A stretch of 64,000 bases of DNA, taken from assembly GCA_039811145.1 (NCBI GenBank), contig JBDHYB010000015.1, positions 1,350-65,349 of the forward strand, read 5' to 3'. The notes under the pieces are model-generated. The model was not told the DNA's origin and made no database searches. It saw nothing but the letters and a program-made list of their open reading frames with translations. The translations under genes and the position numbers were made by a program. Shown here piece after piece: positions 20,362-30,627 of the stretch; within the stretch, counting starts at the first letter, position 1, and every line of letters starts with the position of its first letter. The stretch comes from Chitinophagales bacterium. Its GTDB lineage: Bacteria > Bacteroidota > Bacteroidia > Chitinophagales > LD1.

Positions 20362-22593
20362 ATGAGCGCAGCAGCACATTTGGAACCGACCACAGTTGAA
20401 CAGGCAAAGCAGTTAGGCCTTTTGCCCGAGGAATTTGATAAGATTAAGCAGATACTGGGCCGCGTGCCGAATTTTAACGAGTTGAGCATTTTCAGCGTAA
20501 TGTGGAGCGAGCATTGCAGCTACAAAAACAGCATTAAGTGGTTAAAAACCCTGCCCCGCAAAGGCAAGCACCTGTTGGTGGAGGCCGGCGAAGAGAATGC
20601 CGGTTTGGTTGACCTTGGCGATGGCCTGGCTTGCGCTTTCAAAATTGAATCGCACAACCACCCCAGCGCATTGGAACCTTACCAGGGGGCTGCAACGGGC
20701 GTGGGTGGCATACACCGCGATATTTTTACCATGGGCGCCCGCCCTATTTGTGCACTGAACAGCCTGCGTTTTGGCGATTTGGAAAACGACCGCACTAAAT
20801 ACTTACTAAAAGGCGTAGTAAAAGGCATAGGCGATTACGGCAACTGCTTCGGCGTGCCAACAGTAGCCGGCGAGGTTTACTTTGACCCTGTTTACCAAAC
20901 CAATCCATTGGTTAACGCCATGAGTGTTGGTATTGTAAAGACCAACGAAACCGTTAGCGCCATAAGCAAAGGCGCCGGCAACCCGGTTTACATTGTAGGT
21001 TCATCTACCGGTAAGGATGGCATACATGGTGCCGCATTTGCCTCAAAAGATATTACCGAAGACAGCGCAAAGGACCTACCTGCCGTACAGGTGGGTGACC
21101 CCTTCACTGAAAAGCTGTTGTTGGAAGCTTCGTTAGAAGTGATTAAAACAGGTGCTGTAATTGGCATGCAGGATATGGGCGCTGCCGGTATTACCTGTTC
21201 TACTTCAGAAATGAGTGCCAAGGGTAAAAGCGGCATGAAGGTGTACCTGGATAAAGTGCCTACACGCCAGCAAAACATGAAGCCCTGGGAAATACTGCTA
21301 AGCGAAAGCCAGGAGCGCATGTTGATTGTGGTAGAAAAAGGCCGCGAGAAAGATGTAGAGGCTGTGTTTGAAAAGTGGGACCTGCATTGCGAAATAATTG
21401 GCGAAGTAACCAATGGTGGAGATTTAGAATATTATGTAGGCAGCGAGTTAGTAGCCAAAGTACCTGCTGAAAGCTTAGTGCTTGGCGGCGGCGCACCGGT
21501 TTACGAGCGCGAGTACAAAGAGCCTGCTTACTTCAGCCAAAACAAAGCCTTTAAAATTGACAGCGTTGAACAGCCTGAAGACATTAAGGCGGTGGCAAAA
21601 TTCCTGACCAAGCAGTTGAACGTAGCCAGCAAACGTTGGGTATATGAGCAATACGATAGCATGGTGGGTGTAGCTAATACTTCTACTAACCGTCCGGCTG
21701 ATGCAGCCGTGGTGCGCGTATTGGGCAGCAACAAACACTTAGCCGTTACGGTTGATTGTAATGCCCGTTATGTTTGGGCCGACCCATTCGTAGGCGGACA
21801 GATTGCCGTGGCCGAAGCAGCCCGCAACATTGTGTGCAGCGGCGGCGAGCCAAGCGCTATTACCAATTGCTTAAACTTTGGTAACCCATACCTGCCTGAA
21901 GTGTACTGGCAGTTTGTAAACGCTATTAAAGGTATGGGCGAAGCCTGCACCGCTTTTGAAACACCGGTTACCGGCGGTAACGTTAGCTTCTACAACCAAA
22001 GCACGGAAGGTGGTGCGGTGTTCCCTACGCCAACTATTGGTATGATTGGTTTGGTGAATGATAAGGAAACGGCCATGACCATGGATTTCAAAAAATCGGG
22101 CGACCGTATTTATGTAATTGGCGAAATGAAGGAGGACATCAGCAGTTCAGAATACCTGGTGCGCCACCACGGTGTGCAGAACAGCCCGGCCCCTTACTTT
22201 GATTTAGCTACGGAAGTAAAGGTGCAGAACGCTATTAAGGACCTGATAAACGAACAAGTAATTGAAAGCGCACACGATATTGCTGAAGGTGGTTTGTTTA
22301 TTGCCTTAGTAGAAAGCGCCATAACCGGCAAGCGCGGTTTTGAAATTGAAACCGACCCCGATATGCGCAAGGACGCCTTTTTGTTTGGCGAAGCCCAAAG
22401 CCGCGTAGTGGTAACCGTTAAGGATACCAAGGAAGACGCCTTTTTAGAAGTGCTTGCTAAACATGATGTAGATTTTAATAATATAGGTATAGTAACCACC
22501 AGTATGATATTTGTAGACAAAGAACGCTGGGGCACCAGCAGCGACTGGAAAGACCTCTACGACCAGGCGTTGGAAAATACGCTAAACGCATAA
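20362..22593 (+). CDS. purL: Phosphoribosylformylglycinamidine synthase subunit PurL
   Basis: MWSEHCSYK, KIESHNHPS, GAATGVGG, QDMGAAG, LLSESQERM, GGNVSFYN. Confidence 0.97.
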   Translation: MSAAAHLEPTTVEQAKQLGLLPEEFDKIKQILGRVPNFNELSIFSVMWSEHCSYKNSIKWLKTLPRKGKHLLVEAGEENAGLVDLGDGLACAFKIESHNHPSALEPYQGAATGVGGIHRDIFTMGARPICALNSLRFGDLENDRTKYLLKGVVKGIGDYGNCFGVPTVAGEVYFDPVYQTNPLVNAMSVGIVKTNETVSAISKGAGNPVYIVGSSTGKDGIHGAAFASKDITEDSAKDLPAVQVGDPFTEKLLLEASLEVIKTGAVIGMQDMGAAGITCSTSEMSAKGKSGMKVYLDKVPTRQQNMKPWEILLSESQERMLIVVEKGREKDVEAVFEKWDLHCEIIGEVTNGGDLEYYVGSELVAKVPAESLVLGGGAPVYEREYKEPAYFSQNKAFKIDSVEQPEDIKAVAKFLTKQLNVASKRWVYEQYDSMVGVANTSTNRPADAAVVRVLGSNKHLAVTVDCNARYVWADPFVGGQIAVAEAARNIVCSGGEPSAITNCLNFGNPYLPEVYWQFVNAIKGMGEACTAFETPVTGGNVSFYNQSTEGGAVFPTPTIGMIGLVNDKETAMTMDFKKSGDRIYVIGEMKEDISSSEYLVRHHGVQNSPAPYFDLATEVKVQNAIKDLINEQVIESAHDIAEGGLFIALVESAITGKRGFEIETDPDMRKDAFLFGEAQSRVVVTVKDTKEDAFLEVLAKHDVDFNNIGIVTTSMIFVDKERWGTSSDWKDLYDQALENTLNA

Positions 22594-22594
22594 G

Positions 22595-22628
22595 AAAAAA
22601 ACGGCAGGTATTTTACCTGCCGTTTTTT
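22595..22628 (+). terminator. Intrinsic terminator after purL
   Basis: AAAAAAACGGCAGGTA-TTT-TACCTGCCGTTTTTT. Confidence 0.88.
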
Positions 22629-22654
22629 GTGTATATTTATTACAGATAAAACTT

Positions 22655-23704
22655 ATGAAAATTTATTGTGACGAGTCTGGATACACAGGAGCTGACTTAC
22701 TCGAAGCTGGGCAGCCATATTTTGTTTACTGCGGTGTTTCTACTGATAAAAATACAGAAAAAGAAATTTTAAACTTCATTTATGATAACTATCCAATTCA
22801 AAATAACGAAATCAAAGGAAAGTTATTAGTAAACAATTCAAAGGGCAGACAAGTAATCAGTCATATTTTTAAGAAGTATTCAAAACATGCTCGAATAGTT
22901 TTTCATGATAAAAAATATGCCCTCGCTGCTAAAATTGTTGAATATGGAGTAGAGCCCTACCTTTCTTCCAACCAACTTTTCTATGAGTCTCAATTAAATC
23001 AATTTCTAGCAACTGGGCTTTATGCATCATTTATAAGTAATGACAAATCAGCAGAAAGCTTATTTCAAGAATTCCTAATAATAGCAAGAGGCAAAAAGCA
23101 ATTTGCAAAAAGCGATCTACATTCAATGTCGAAAGGCAATGCTATCGTCGATTGGGTTATTGCAATCATCAATCATAATCCCAACATCTTTCTTAAAGAA
23201 ATAAAAACTACAAGTGGAAGTCCTGAAAAATGGATTTTGGATTTAACCATGACTTCACTTCTAGGCATACTAACAGATTGGTCAAAGGATGGAAGCGCAC
23301 TTGAAGTAATGTGTGATAATTCTAAAGTCTTCATTGACAATCCACTTGTTGACACGTTTAATCAAATGGGGCTAGTAGGTTCAAAAGCAGATTTCTTAGG
23401 TGTTAAACTGGGATTTAATTTAGTTGGTGATATAAAAAATGGTGATTCAGCAACAAATGCAGGGTTACAGATTGCCGACCTTTTTTCCTCGACTGTATTC
23501 TACTGTTTAAAAAACAAGGGTACAGACTTCAGCAACGAAATAATGAAACTAGTCTTGAAGAACTGCACCTGCAAACCTGCTTCCTTTTGCGTAATGCCAT
23601 ATTTAAAGTTTGACGCAAAAGCGTTCAAGAAAGACAAAAATTACTATTTCAGACTGATGCAAATTATTTATATAGAAATCTTAAGGCGTATACCTAAAAG
23701 ATAA
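22655..23704 (+). CDS. DUF3800-family protein (RNase H-like fold, putative nuclease)
   Basis: N-terminal IYCDESG, EIKG, later CD and GLQIADL motifs; visibly more AT-rich than purL. Confidence 0.85.
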   Translation: MKIYCDESGYTGADLLEAGQPYFVYCGVSTDKNTEKEILNFIYDNYPIQNNEIKGKLLVNNSKGRQVISHIFKKYSKHARIVFHDKKYALAAKIVEYGVEPYLSSNQLFYESQLNQFLATGLYASFISNDKSAESLFQEFLIIARGKKQFAKSDLHSMSKGNAIVDWVIAIINHNPNIFLKEIKTTSGSPEKWILDLTMTSLLGILTDWSKDGSALEVMCDNSKVFIDNPLVDTFNQMGLVGSKADFLGVKLGFNLVGDIKNGDSATNAGLQIADLFSSTVFYCLKNKGTDFSNEIMKLVLKNCTCKPASFCVMPYLKFDAKAFKKDKNYYFRLMQIIYIEILRRIPKR

Positions 23705-23740
23705 TAGCCACCACTCGTCTCAAGCGCAAGCCATTGCCCT

Positions 23741-23945
23741 AACTCGTCCTCGTCTGAAGCCAAGCCATAGCGCAGCGACGAGGATAAACAGCGCAACGGC
23801 AAATTAGACAAACTATCATCCCCACTGGCGCGAGCGTCCGCTCGTGCCAATCAATCACAAAATTAGAGATTACTCCGCTCTTGGTGGCCCGACCAACAGC
23901 CCTATGCAGCTAAACTTTGTTTGTTGATCAGGCGACCAACAAGGG
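23741..23945 (+). repeat. Cluster of REP-like hairpins
   Basis: TCCTCGTC..GACGAGGA (23747-23784), CCCACTGGCGCGAGCGTCCGCTCGTGCC (23821-23848), TTGTTGATCAGGCGACCAACAA (~23921-23942). Confidence 0.8.
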
Positions 23946-23950
23946 ATAGC

Positions 23951-24770
23951 CTCCGCCCGCGTCTGTGTCCGCACAGACGCGATGACAACAATAACCCGTC
24001 TGTGAAGACACAGACGGGGGCCTGCAGAATGACGATCTGTTAAATATAACCACCTCCGCAAACTGCGTATGCTCGTCCCACCTGAATCAGGAGGACAATT
24101 TAGTAGCCCGCAATGCTGTAGCCTGTATTTAAATTCTCCTCCTTGGTAAAGTGGAGAAAGCCAGGTAAGGTGGCAGAACTTATCAGGCAGAGGTGGTTCT
24201 CCGCCCGCGTCTGTGTCCGCACAGACGCGATGGCAACAATAACCCGTCTGTGAAAACACAGACGGGGGCCTGCAGAATGACGATCTGTTAAATATAACCA
24301 CCTCGGCAAACTGCGTATGCTCGTCCTCCTGAATCAGGAGGACAATTTGGTAGCGCGCTATCCTGTAGCTTGTGTTTAAATTCTCCTCCTTGGTAAGGAG
24401 GAGAAAGCCTGGTAAGGTTGCAGAACTTATCAGGCAGAGGTGGTTATCAGCCAGCGTCTGTGTCCGCACAGACGCGATGGCAACAATAACCCGTCTGTGA
24501 AGACACAGACGGGGGCCTGCAGAATGACGATCTGTTAAATATAACCACCTACGCAAACTGCGTATGCTCGTCCTCCTGAATCAGGAGGACAATTTGGTAG
24601 CGCGCTATCCTGTAGCTTGTGTTTAAATTCTCCCCTTTGGTAAGTAGGAGAAAGCCTGGTAAGGTGACAGAACTTATCAGGCAGAGGTGGTTTAAAGCCA
24701 GCGTCTCCGCCCGCGCCTGTGTCCGCACAGACGCGAAGATGCCGTTGGTGAAGACACAAACCGCGGCTAC
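23951..24770. repeat. Tandem array of ~248-bp mosaic palindromic units (3 full copies plus 1 partial; BIME/REPIN-like)
   Basis: Units start at 23951, 24199, 24446 and 24705 (partial); each carries four hairpins; the sequence between hairpins is near-identical across units. Confidence 0.95.
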
Positions 24771-24853
24771 AGGGCATCAAGATTTCCCACTTGGCAGATA
24801 CCGAGTTAAAAATGACAAGTTCTTCATTTAACGCAAACGCCTATCTTCACTAC

Positions 24854-25252
24854 ATGAATCCAAAACAGATATGGGGAAATTTGGGGGTTAGCGATTTAGA
24901 GCGCACCGCTAAATTTTATAATGCATTAGGTTTTAAGCAGCATAGTCCGCCTAGTAAGGACCTGGTAGCCTTTAGCTTTGGCGAGGCAGGCTTTGTTATT
25001 TGCTTCTTTTTAAAAGAAGTTTTAGCCCGGAATGTGAAGGCGGAAATGGCGGACACTACTAAAGTAAACGAGGTGGTATTTACCATCTCCTGCACCGGTA
25101 AGGCAGAAGCCGACAAATGGGCCTTAGAGGTTGAACCTGCAGGCGGTAAACTCCTCTCCCAACCCGAAACATTTGGCCCCGGTTACTACGGCTTTACCTT
25201 TGCCGACCCCGATGGCCACCGCTTTAATGTGTTTTATATGCCGGGCTTTTAA
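24854..25252 (+). CDS. VOC/glyoxalase-family protein
   Basis: IWGNLGVSDLERTAKFYNALGF, YGFTFADPDGHRFNV; start at MNPKQ. Confidence 0.9.
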   Translation: MNPKQIWGNLGVSDLERTAKFYNALGFKQHSPPSKDLVAFSFGEAGFVICFFLKEVLARNVKAEMADTTKVNEVVFTISCTGKAEADKWALEVEPAGGKLLSQPETFGPGYYGFTFADPDGHRFNVFYMPGF

Positions 25253-25359
25253 GTGTTGTATTGCGTTTAAACTGCGATTTAACATCTATCTTATTTTTAC
25301 GGAATACCAACTTTTTTTCATGGCGGTTGGCGGTTTAGCTTCGCCACAAAATTACAACT

Positions 25360-27090
25360 ATGAAACGCCTGCTTATTGCCGTTTTTGTATTGTCAGCTTT
25401 AATTGGAACAGCACAAACGTATCCGTTTGTTGATGCATTTGAAACCTACACCAACTTTACCACCTTAGGCACGCAGGGCGGTTATTCGAGCGATATGAGC
25501 GTGTATCAAACGCACGGCATGGGTAGCAGCAAAGGCCTTATATCGCAGATAAGCACTTTTAATACGCGCGACACTACGGTAAGCCCGCTTATTGGGCCAA
25601 TTACCGCTACCAGCAGGGTATCGTTCTACTACCGCATAGTGGACCAAAGCCTTTATCCCGCTACCGCTACCACACTTGGCACAAATGATAAGGTGGAGAT
25701 TTTTGCCGGTAGCCAGGCAATCAACTTTTACCAGAGCATTTACAGCATTACCAGCGCTAACCACATGTCCTCCACCACTTTTAAAAAAGTGACAATACCG
25801 GTAGGCAGCCTGGCCGGGCAATCGGGTAACTTAAAAATTGTAGTAACCAAGGGCAGCGCTACCGACTACTTTGTAGATATAGACAGCCTTGTGGTAATGG
25901 ACAGCACCACTGCCGTTGGCGCACTTGCAGTTAGTGGTGTTAAAACTGACGTTACCTGTTTTGGCCTTTGCAATGGAAACATTGGCCTGAATGTTAGCGG
26001 CGGCACACAGCCTTATACTTATAGTTGGAGCAATAGTTTGCCTGCCACAAGCACACAGTTAAACCTATGCGCCGGCACCTACCAGGTTACTGTAACTGAT
26101 AATAGCAGCGCTTCAGCCACTGCATCGTTCACCATTACACAGCCTACGCAAATAAACCTTAGCGAAACGCATACTAACGTTAGTTGCTTTGGAGGCGTAA
26201 CGGGCTGTATAAATGTAACCACAGCAGGGGGCAGTCCGGCTTATACCTATAGCTGGAACAACGGGACTACCACAGAGGATATCTGCAACATTGCCGCAGG
26301 CAGCTACACCTTAACCGTTACCGATGCCAACAACTGCACGGCTAATCTGCAGGTAACGCTTACTCAACCCTCCGCGCTTAACTTAAACATCAGTGCTACC
26401 GATGCAACTTGTTTTGGCAGCGCCAGTGGTTGTATTAGTTTATCGCTAAGTGGCGGCACACCGGCTTACCATTATGCATGGAGCAATTCAGGCCCTGATA
26501 CCAGCCAAATTTGCGGATTAGTGGCAGGCACATATTCGCTAACTGCCACTGATGCCAACCAGTGCACGATAACTTCTGCAACTACCATAAGCCAACCAAC
26601 GCAGGTAAATATTACCGCACAAGCCACCAACCCGCAAACCCCAAGCAGTAACGATGGCTCGATTGTGTTAAGCATTACAGGAGGCTCTACACCTTACGGA
26701 GTATCACTAAACGGTGCAACAGCCACTTCTGATACGGCTTACAATAGCCTTGGTGTTGGCTGCTATATTTTTAATGTGCAGGATGCGTTGGGTTGCTCCG
26801 CTGAAGTTGATACAGTTTGCTTAACGGCTCCAACCTCAGTTAATACAAACTCAAACACTTCACTTTCGGTTTTCCCTAACCCTGCCTCCGATTATTTAAC
26901 TATAATTACAGGCTTCAATTCCGCTTATGAAGTTAGCGTTTTCAATACCCGGGGTCAATTGGTAAAGCAGGCAAAAGCCAATACAGCAAGCTACATACTC
27001 GACATACGGGATCTTACCGCGGCTTCGTACATATTGCAGGTAAAAACTGATGAGGGCGTAACCCAAAGGACTTTTACGGTAACGCATTAA
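25360..27090 (+). CDS. T9SS-secreted protein with SprB-like repeats and type A sorting CTD
   Basis: Repeated C.G...G.I.L...GG..PY.Y.WSN...L.AG.Y..TVTD.N.C units; C-terminal VFPNPAS...VFNTRGQLV. Confidence 0.9.
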   Translation: MKRLLIAVFVLSALIGTAQTYPFVDAFETYTNFTTLGTQGGYSSDMSVYQTHGMGSSKGLISQISTFNTRDTTVSPLIGPITATSRVSFYYRIVDQSLYPATATTLGTNDKVEIFAGSQAINFYQSIYSITSANHMSSTTFKKVTIPVGSLAGQSGNLKIVVTKGSATDYFVDIDSLVVMDSTTAVGALAVSGVKTDVTCFGLCNGNIGLNVSGGTQPYTYSWSNSLPATSTQLNLCAGTYQVTVTDNSSASATASFTITQPTQINLSETHTNVSCFGGVTGCINVTTAGGSPAYTYSWNNGTTTEDICNIAAGSYTLTVTDANNCTANLQVTLTQPSALNLNISATDATCFGSASGCISLSLSGGTPAYHYAWSNSGPDTSQICGLVAGTYSLTATDANQCTITSATTISQPTQVNITAQATNPQTPSSNDGSIVLSITGGSTPYGVSLNGATATSDTAYNSLGVGCYIFNVQDALGCSAEVDTVCLTAPTSVNTNSNTSLSVFPNPASDYLTIITGFNSAYEVSVFNTRGQLVKQAKANTASYILDIRDLTAASYILQVKTDEGVTQRTFTVTH

Positions 27091-27507
27091 CAACGCACAG
27101 GATAATTGTTGACCTGGTAGCACTCTGAACCACCATCGCTATTTGCTTCATCCTTATTCAAGGATTCGCCCGTAAATTTAGCATGGCCATAAGCATACTA
27201 CTTACCTATGGCCGGGTATTATACTGCCCATACCCTTAATTGGCATACTGAAAATTGCCTGTAGCCATATTGAGCTCTTAAAACCTATGGTTTTCTGATT
27301 GGCGGAATACCCAAGGAGGGGCAACGCCCCCTGTGTCGCCGGTTAAGCGATTGGATATTGCAAAAGGCAAGAAAAAAAGACCGGATAGCCTGATTGCTTT
27401 TTTCATTGGACACTTTAGCCGATTAGTGGAAATTGAACAGCCTCAGCTTCCTGTATGCCCTATACTAAAGAATAACTTTGTTGCGTTATATCAATCACAC
27501 CGGGTGC

Positions 27508-30500
27508 ATGCGTAAGAAATGCGGGTTTATTGCTTTACTGTTAATGAGTGCGTTTTTTGCTGTGGCCCAGCAAACGCAAACGCATTTAGACCCCGAGCAG
27601 GCATTTAAAAACGGGCTTGAGTTATTTGATGAACGTAATTACCTGGCTGCCCGCGAAAAGTTTGAAGAAATATACAAACAACCCCATGGGGCGGCATGGC
27701 ATGGCAACACCGTGTTGATGCAGAACCTGGAGTATTACATTGCCGTTTGCGCTGCCGAAACAAATGGTAAGGATGCCGAAACCCTGCTATTGGGTTATTT
27801 TAAAAAGTACCATGAAACGGATAAGCGCCGTTTGATTTACCTGTATTTGGGCAAGTATTACTACCGCAACAAAAAGTACCAGGAAACCATTGATTACCTG
27901 GCAAAGGTTAAAACCGATGACCTTAACAACCAACAGTTGTACGATTACCGTTTTATGCTGGCGTACTCCTACTTTACCAAAAAGAAGTTTGCCGAAGCCA
28001 AACCGCTGTTTGCCTCTATTAAAGATATAAAGGACAAATACTACTACCCTTCCACCTATTACTACGCTTTCATCAGTTTTTTTACGAAGGATTATAACGA
28101 GGCACTTAAAAGTTTTAAGGATATTGAAGACTCTAAGATGTATAGCAGCGTAATACCTTATTACATCTCGCAGATATACTTTTTTAAGAAAGAATACGAC
28201 ACCCTAACCCCTTACATCAAAAGGAACCTGGATAAGCCGGAAGTGCTTTATAAAGACGAGATGAAGTTTTTGTTGGGTAAGGTGTATTTCCAAAAGAACG
28301 AGTACGCTAAAGCCCTTCCTTTACTGGAAGAATACATAAACAAAGCGTCAAAATCTACTAAAGAGGATGTTTACCAGTTGGCCTATTGCCAATACAAAAC
28401 CGGCAACTTTGCCAAGGCTATAGACAACTTTAAGCAACTGAACATATTGGATGAACCGCTTGGGCAAACCGCTACTTACGCCTTGGCAGATTGCTACCTG
28501 AAGACAAACCAAAAGGACAAAGCACGATCGGCTTTTCAAAGCGCCGCCAGCATGAATTATGACGAAACCATTAAACAAAATGCGCTTTACAATTATGGCA
28601 AGCTCTCGTTTGAAGCAGGAAACACCAGCGAAGCGATACAGAGTTTTGAGGATTACCTGGAGAAATACAGCAACGGCACTTATGTAGATGATGTGAATGA
28701 GTTGCTGGCTGCCGCACTGGTGCAAACCAAAAACTACGATAAGGCCTACCGCATAATGGAGAACCTGAAGATGAGCAGCCCTATGATCAAGGAAGCTTAT
28801 CAGCGCGTTACTTATTTCCGCGCAGTGGAGTTGTATAACGATACCAAGGCTGATGAGGCCTTAAAACTTTGCGATAAAAGCCTTAGTGGTGGAACTGACC
28901 TTGTGATTACTGCACTTGCCACCTACCTTAAAGCAGAGATACAGTACGGTAAAGGAGAGTATGATAATGCACGCCTTAACTATATGAAGTTTAGCCAACT
29001 GGCTACTGCTGACGTAGAAAAGAAGGGCGAAGCATCGAAATTCCGTGCACAATACAATACGGGGTACTGCTACTTTAAAAAGAAGAACTACGATGATGCA
29101 GCAGTTTACTTTGATGCAGCAACCAAGGAAGCCGAAACAACTATAGACCAAAAGGGTGTTAAAGCGCTACAATCTGACTTATACTTGCGTTTAGCCGATT
29201 GCAATTTTATAACCAGGAACTATACGAAAGCTATTGATGCTTACACTATGATAGTGGACAATAGCTGGAACTCGGCAGAGTATGCGCAATTTCAAAAAGG
29301 GATAATACTTGGCCTGCAGAATAAGAATGCGGAGAAGATAAGCGCCATGAATTTTCTGTTAACTAAATTTCCGGCCTCTACGTATGCCGACCGTGCCATG
29401 TATGAAATTGCCGAAACACATTTGGACGATGGCAACTATGCAGCAGCCAGAACCGCCTATCAAAGCCTTATAAGCAAATACCCACAAAGCGAGCTGGTTC
29501 CTTCTGCCTACATGAAAACGGCTATTGTAGATTACAGCCAGGGCAAAAAGGATTTAGCGCTGGAGGATTATAAAGCCGTGGTAAAAAAATACCCGGGTAG
29601 CAAAGAAGAGAAGGAAGCTATTGATGCGCTGAAAGAAATTTATGTAGAAGTAGGACGTGCCAACGAATACTTTGATTTTCTGAAGAACAATACCAACATA
29701 CAGGTTTCTACCTATGAGCAGGACTCGCTAACTTATCAATCGGCAGAGAATGTGTATAACAGCGGCGATTGCAACAGAGCAATAGCGCTGTATGCATCTT
29801 ACATCCAGCAATTTCCCGGTACATATAAAACCAGTGAGGCCCATTGGAAGAAAGCACAGTGCCACTTAAAGGTTAAAGATTATGCGTCAGCCTTCCCTGA
29901 CCTGGAAGCCGTTATTCAAAGTAAATACAACAAATACTACGAAAGCAGTTTGCTTAAGGCATCAGGCATAGCCTATTTTGAGTTGAAGAATTACGACAAA
30001 GCGCTGGACTACTACAAGCAGTTGTATGTTGCCAGCAGCAAGCAGGAGACTACTTACGGCGCCATGACCGGCATGCTGGCTTCAGCAGTTAAGCTGAACA
30101 AAAACGAGGAAGTAATTGAACTGGCCGACCAACTGATTAACAGCGGTTTTGCCAAAGAAGCTGACATACAGGATGCCTACTACCGCAAGGGCAAGGCTTA
30201 CTACGCTATGGACAACAAAGAGTTTGCGCAAAACGCCTTTAAGCGCGTAACGGAATATCCTGTAAATGAAAAGTGCGTGGAAAGCAAATACATGGTAGCC
30301 CGGATACTTTATGAGCAAGGCAGCTACAAGCAATCTTTGGATACCTGCTTTAAGTTAAAGAACAAGTATGCCAGCTATGAATACTGGGTTGTGAAAACCT
30401 TTATACTGATGGCTGACAATTATGCCGCACAGAGCAATCTATTCCAGGCTAAGTCAACGCTGGAAAGCATTGTAGCCAACTATGATGGCGACCAGGCATT

Positions 30501-30627
30501 GCTTAATGAAGCAAAAGAAAAACTTGAAAAGATAAGGGCAGAGGAGTTAAACAAATCAAAGCTAATGCTTATAGCCCCTTCAGATACTTTAATAATGGAA
30601 AGCGATTCGATAATCATTAACAAATGA
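27508..30627 (+). CDS. Large secreted tetratricopeptide repeat protein
   Basis: Signal peptide; many TPR repeats (YQLAYCQYKTGNF.KA..). Confidence 0.9.
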   Translation: MRKKCGFIALLLMSAFFAVAQQTQTHLDPEQAFKNGLELFDERNYLAAREKFEEIYKQPHGAAWHGNTVLMQNLEYYIAVCAAETNGKDAETLLLGYFKKYHETDKRRLIYLYLGKYYYRNKKYQETIDYLAKVKTDDLNNQQLYDYRFMLAYSYFTKKKFAEAKPLFASIKDIKDKYYYPSTYYYAFISFFTKDYNEALKSFKDIEDSKMYSSVIPYYISQIYFFKKEYDTLTPYIKRNLDKPEVLYKDEMKFLLGKVYFQKNEYAKALPLLEEYINKASKSTKEDVYQLAYCQYKTGNFAKAIDNFKQLNILDEPLGQTATYALADCYLKTNQKDKARSAFQSAASMNYDETIKQNALYNYGKLSFEAGNTSEAIQSFEDYLEKYSNGTYVDDVNELLAAALVQTKNYDKAYRIMENLKMSSPMIKEAYQRVTYFRAVELYNDTKADEALKLCDKSLSGGTDLVITALATYLKAEIQYGKGEYDNARLNYMKFSQLATADVEKKGEASKFRAQYNTGYCYFKKKNYDDAAVYFDAATKEAETTIDQKGVKALQSDLYLRLADCNFITRNYTKAIDAYTMIVDNSWNSAEYAQFQKGIILGLQNKNAEKISAMNFLLTKFPASTYADRAMYEIAETHLDDGNYAAARTAYQSLISKYPQSELVPSAYMKTAIVDYSQGKKDLALEDYKAVVKKYPGSKEEKEAIDALKEIYVEVGRANEYFDFLKNNTNIQVSTYEQDSLTYQSAENVYNSGDCNRAIALYASYIQQFPGTYKTSEAHWKKAQCHLKVKDYASAFPDLEAVIQSKYNKYYESSLLKASGIAYFELKNYDKALDYYKQLYVASSKQETTYGAMTGMLASAVKLNKNEEVIELADQLINSGFAKEADIQDAYYRKGKAYYAMDNKEFAQNAFKRVTEYPVNEKCVESKYMVARILYEQGSYKQSLDTCFKLKNKYASYEYWVVKTFILMADNYAAQSNLFQAKSTLESIVANYDGDQALLNEAKEKLEKIRAEELNKSKLMLIAPSDTLIMESDSIIINK

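Noticed and set aside
23951-24770. CRISPR array interpretation of the repeats
   Set aside because: The sequence between hairpins is near-identical in every unit (no unique spacers), the period is ~248 bp, and there are no cas genes in the window.
23870-24831. ORFs 23870-24556, 24100-24309, 24535-24780 and 24619-24831
   Set aside because: They are translations of the palindromic tandem repeat in shifting frames, with no protein-like features.
27091-27500. Possible ncRNA or riboswitch in the 400-bp intergenic region
   Set aside because: Only short hairpins (e.g. GGGGCAACGCCCC); no recognisable RNA family motif. An Rfam scan would be needed.
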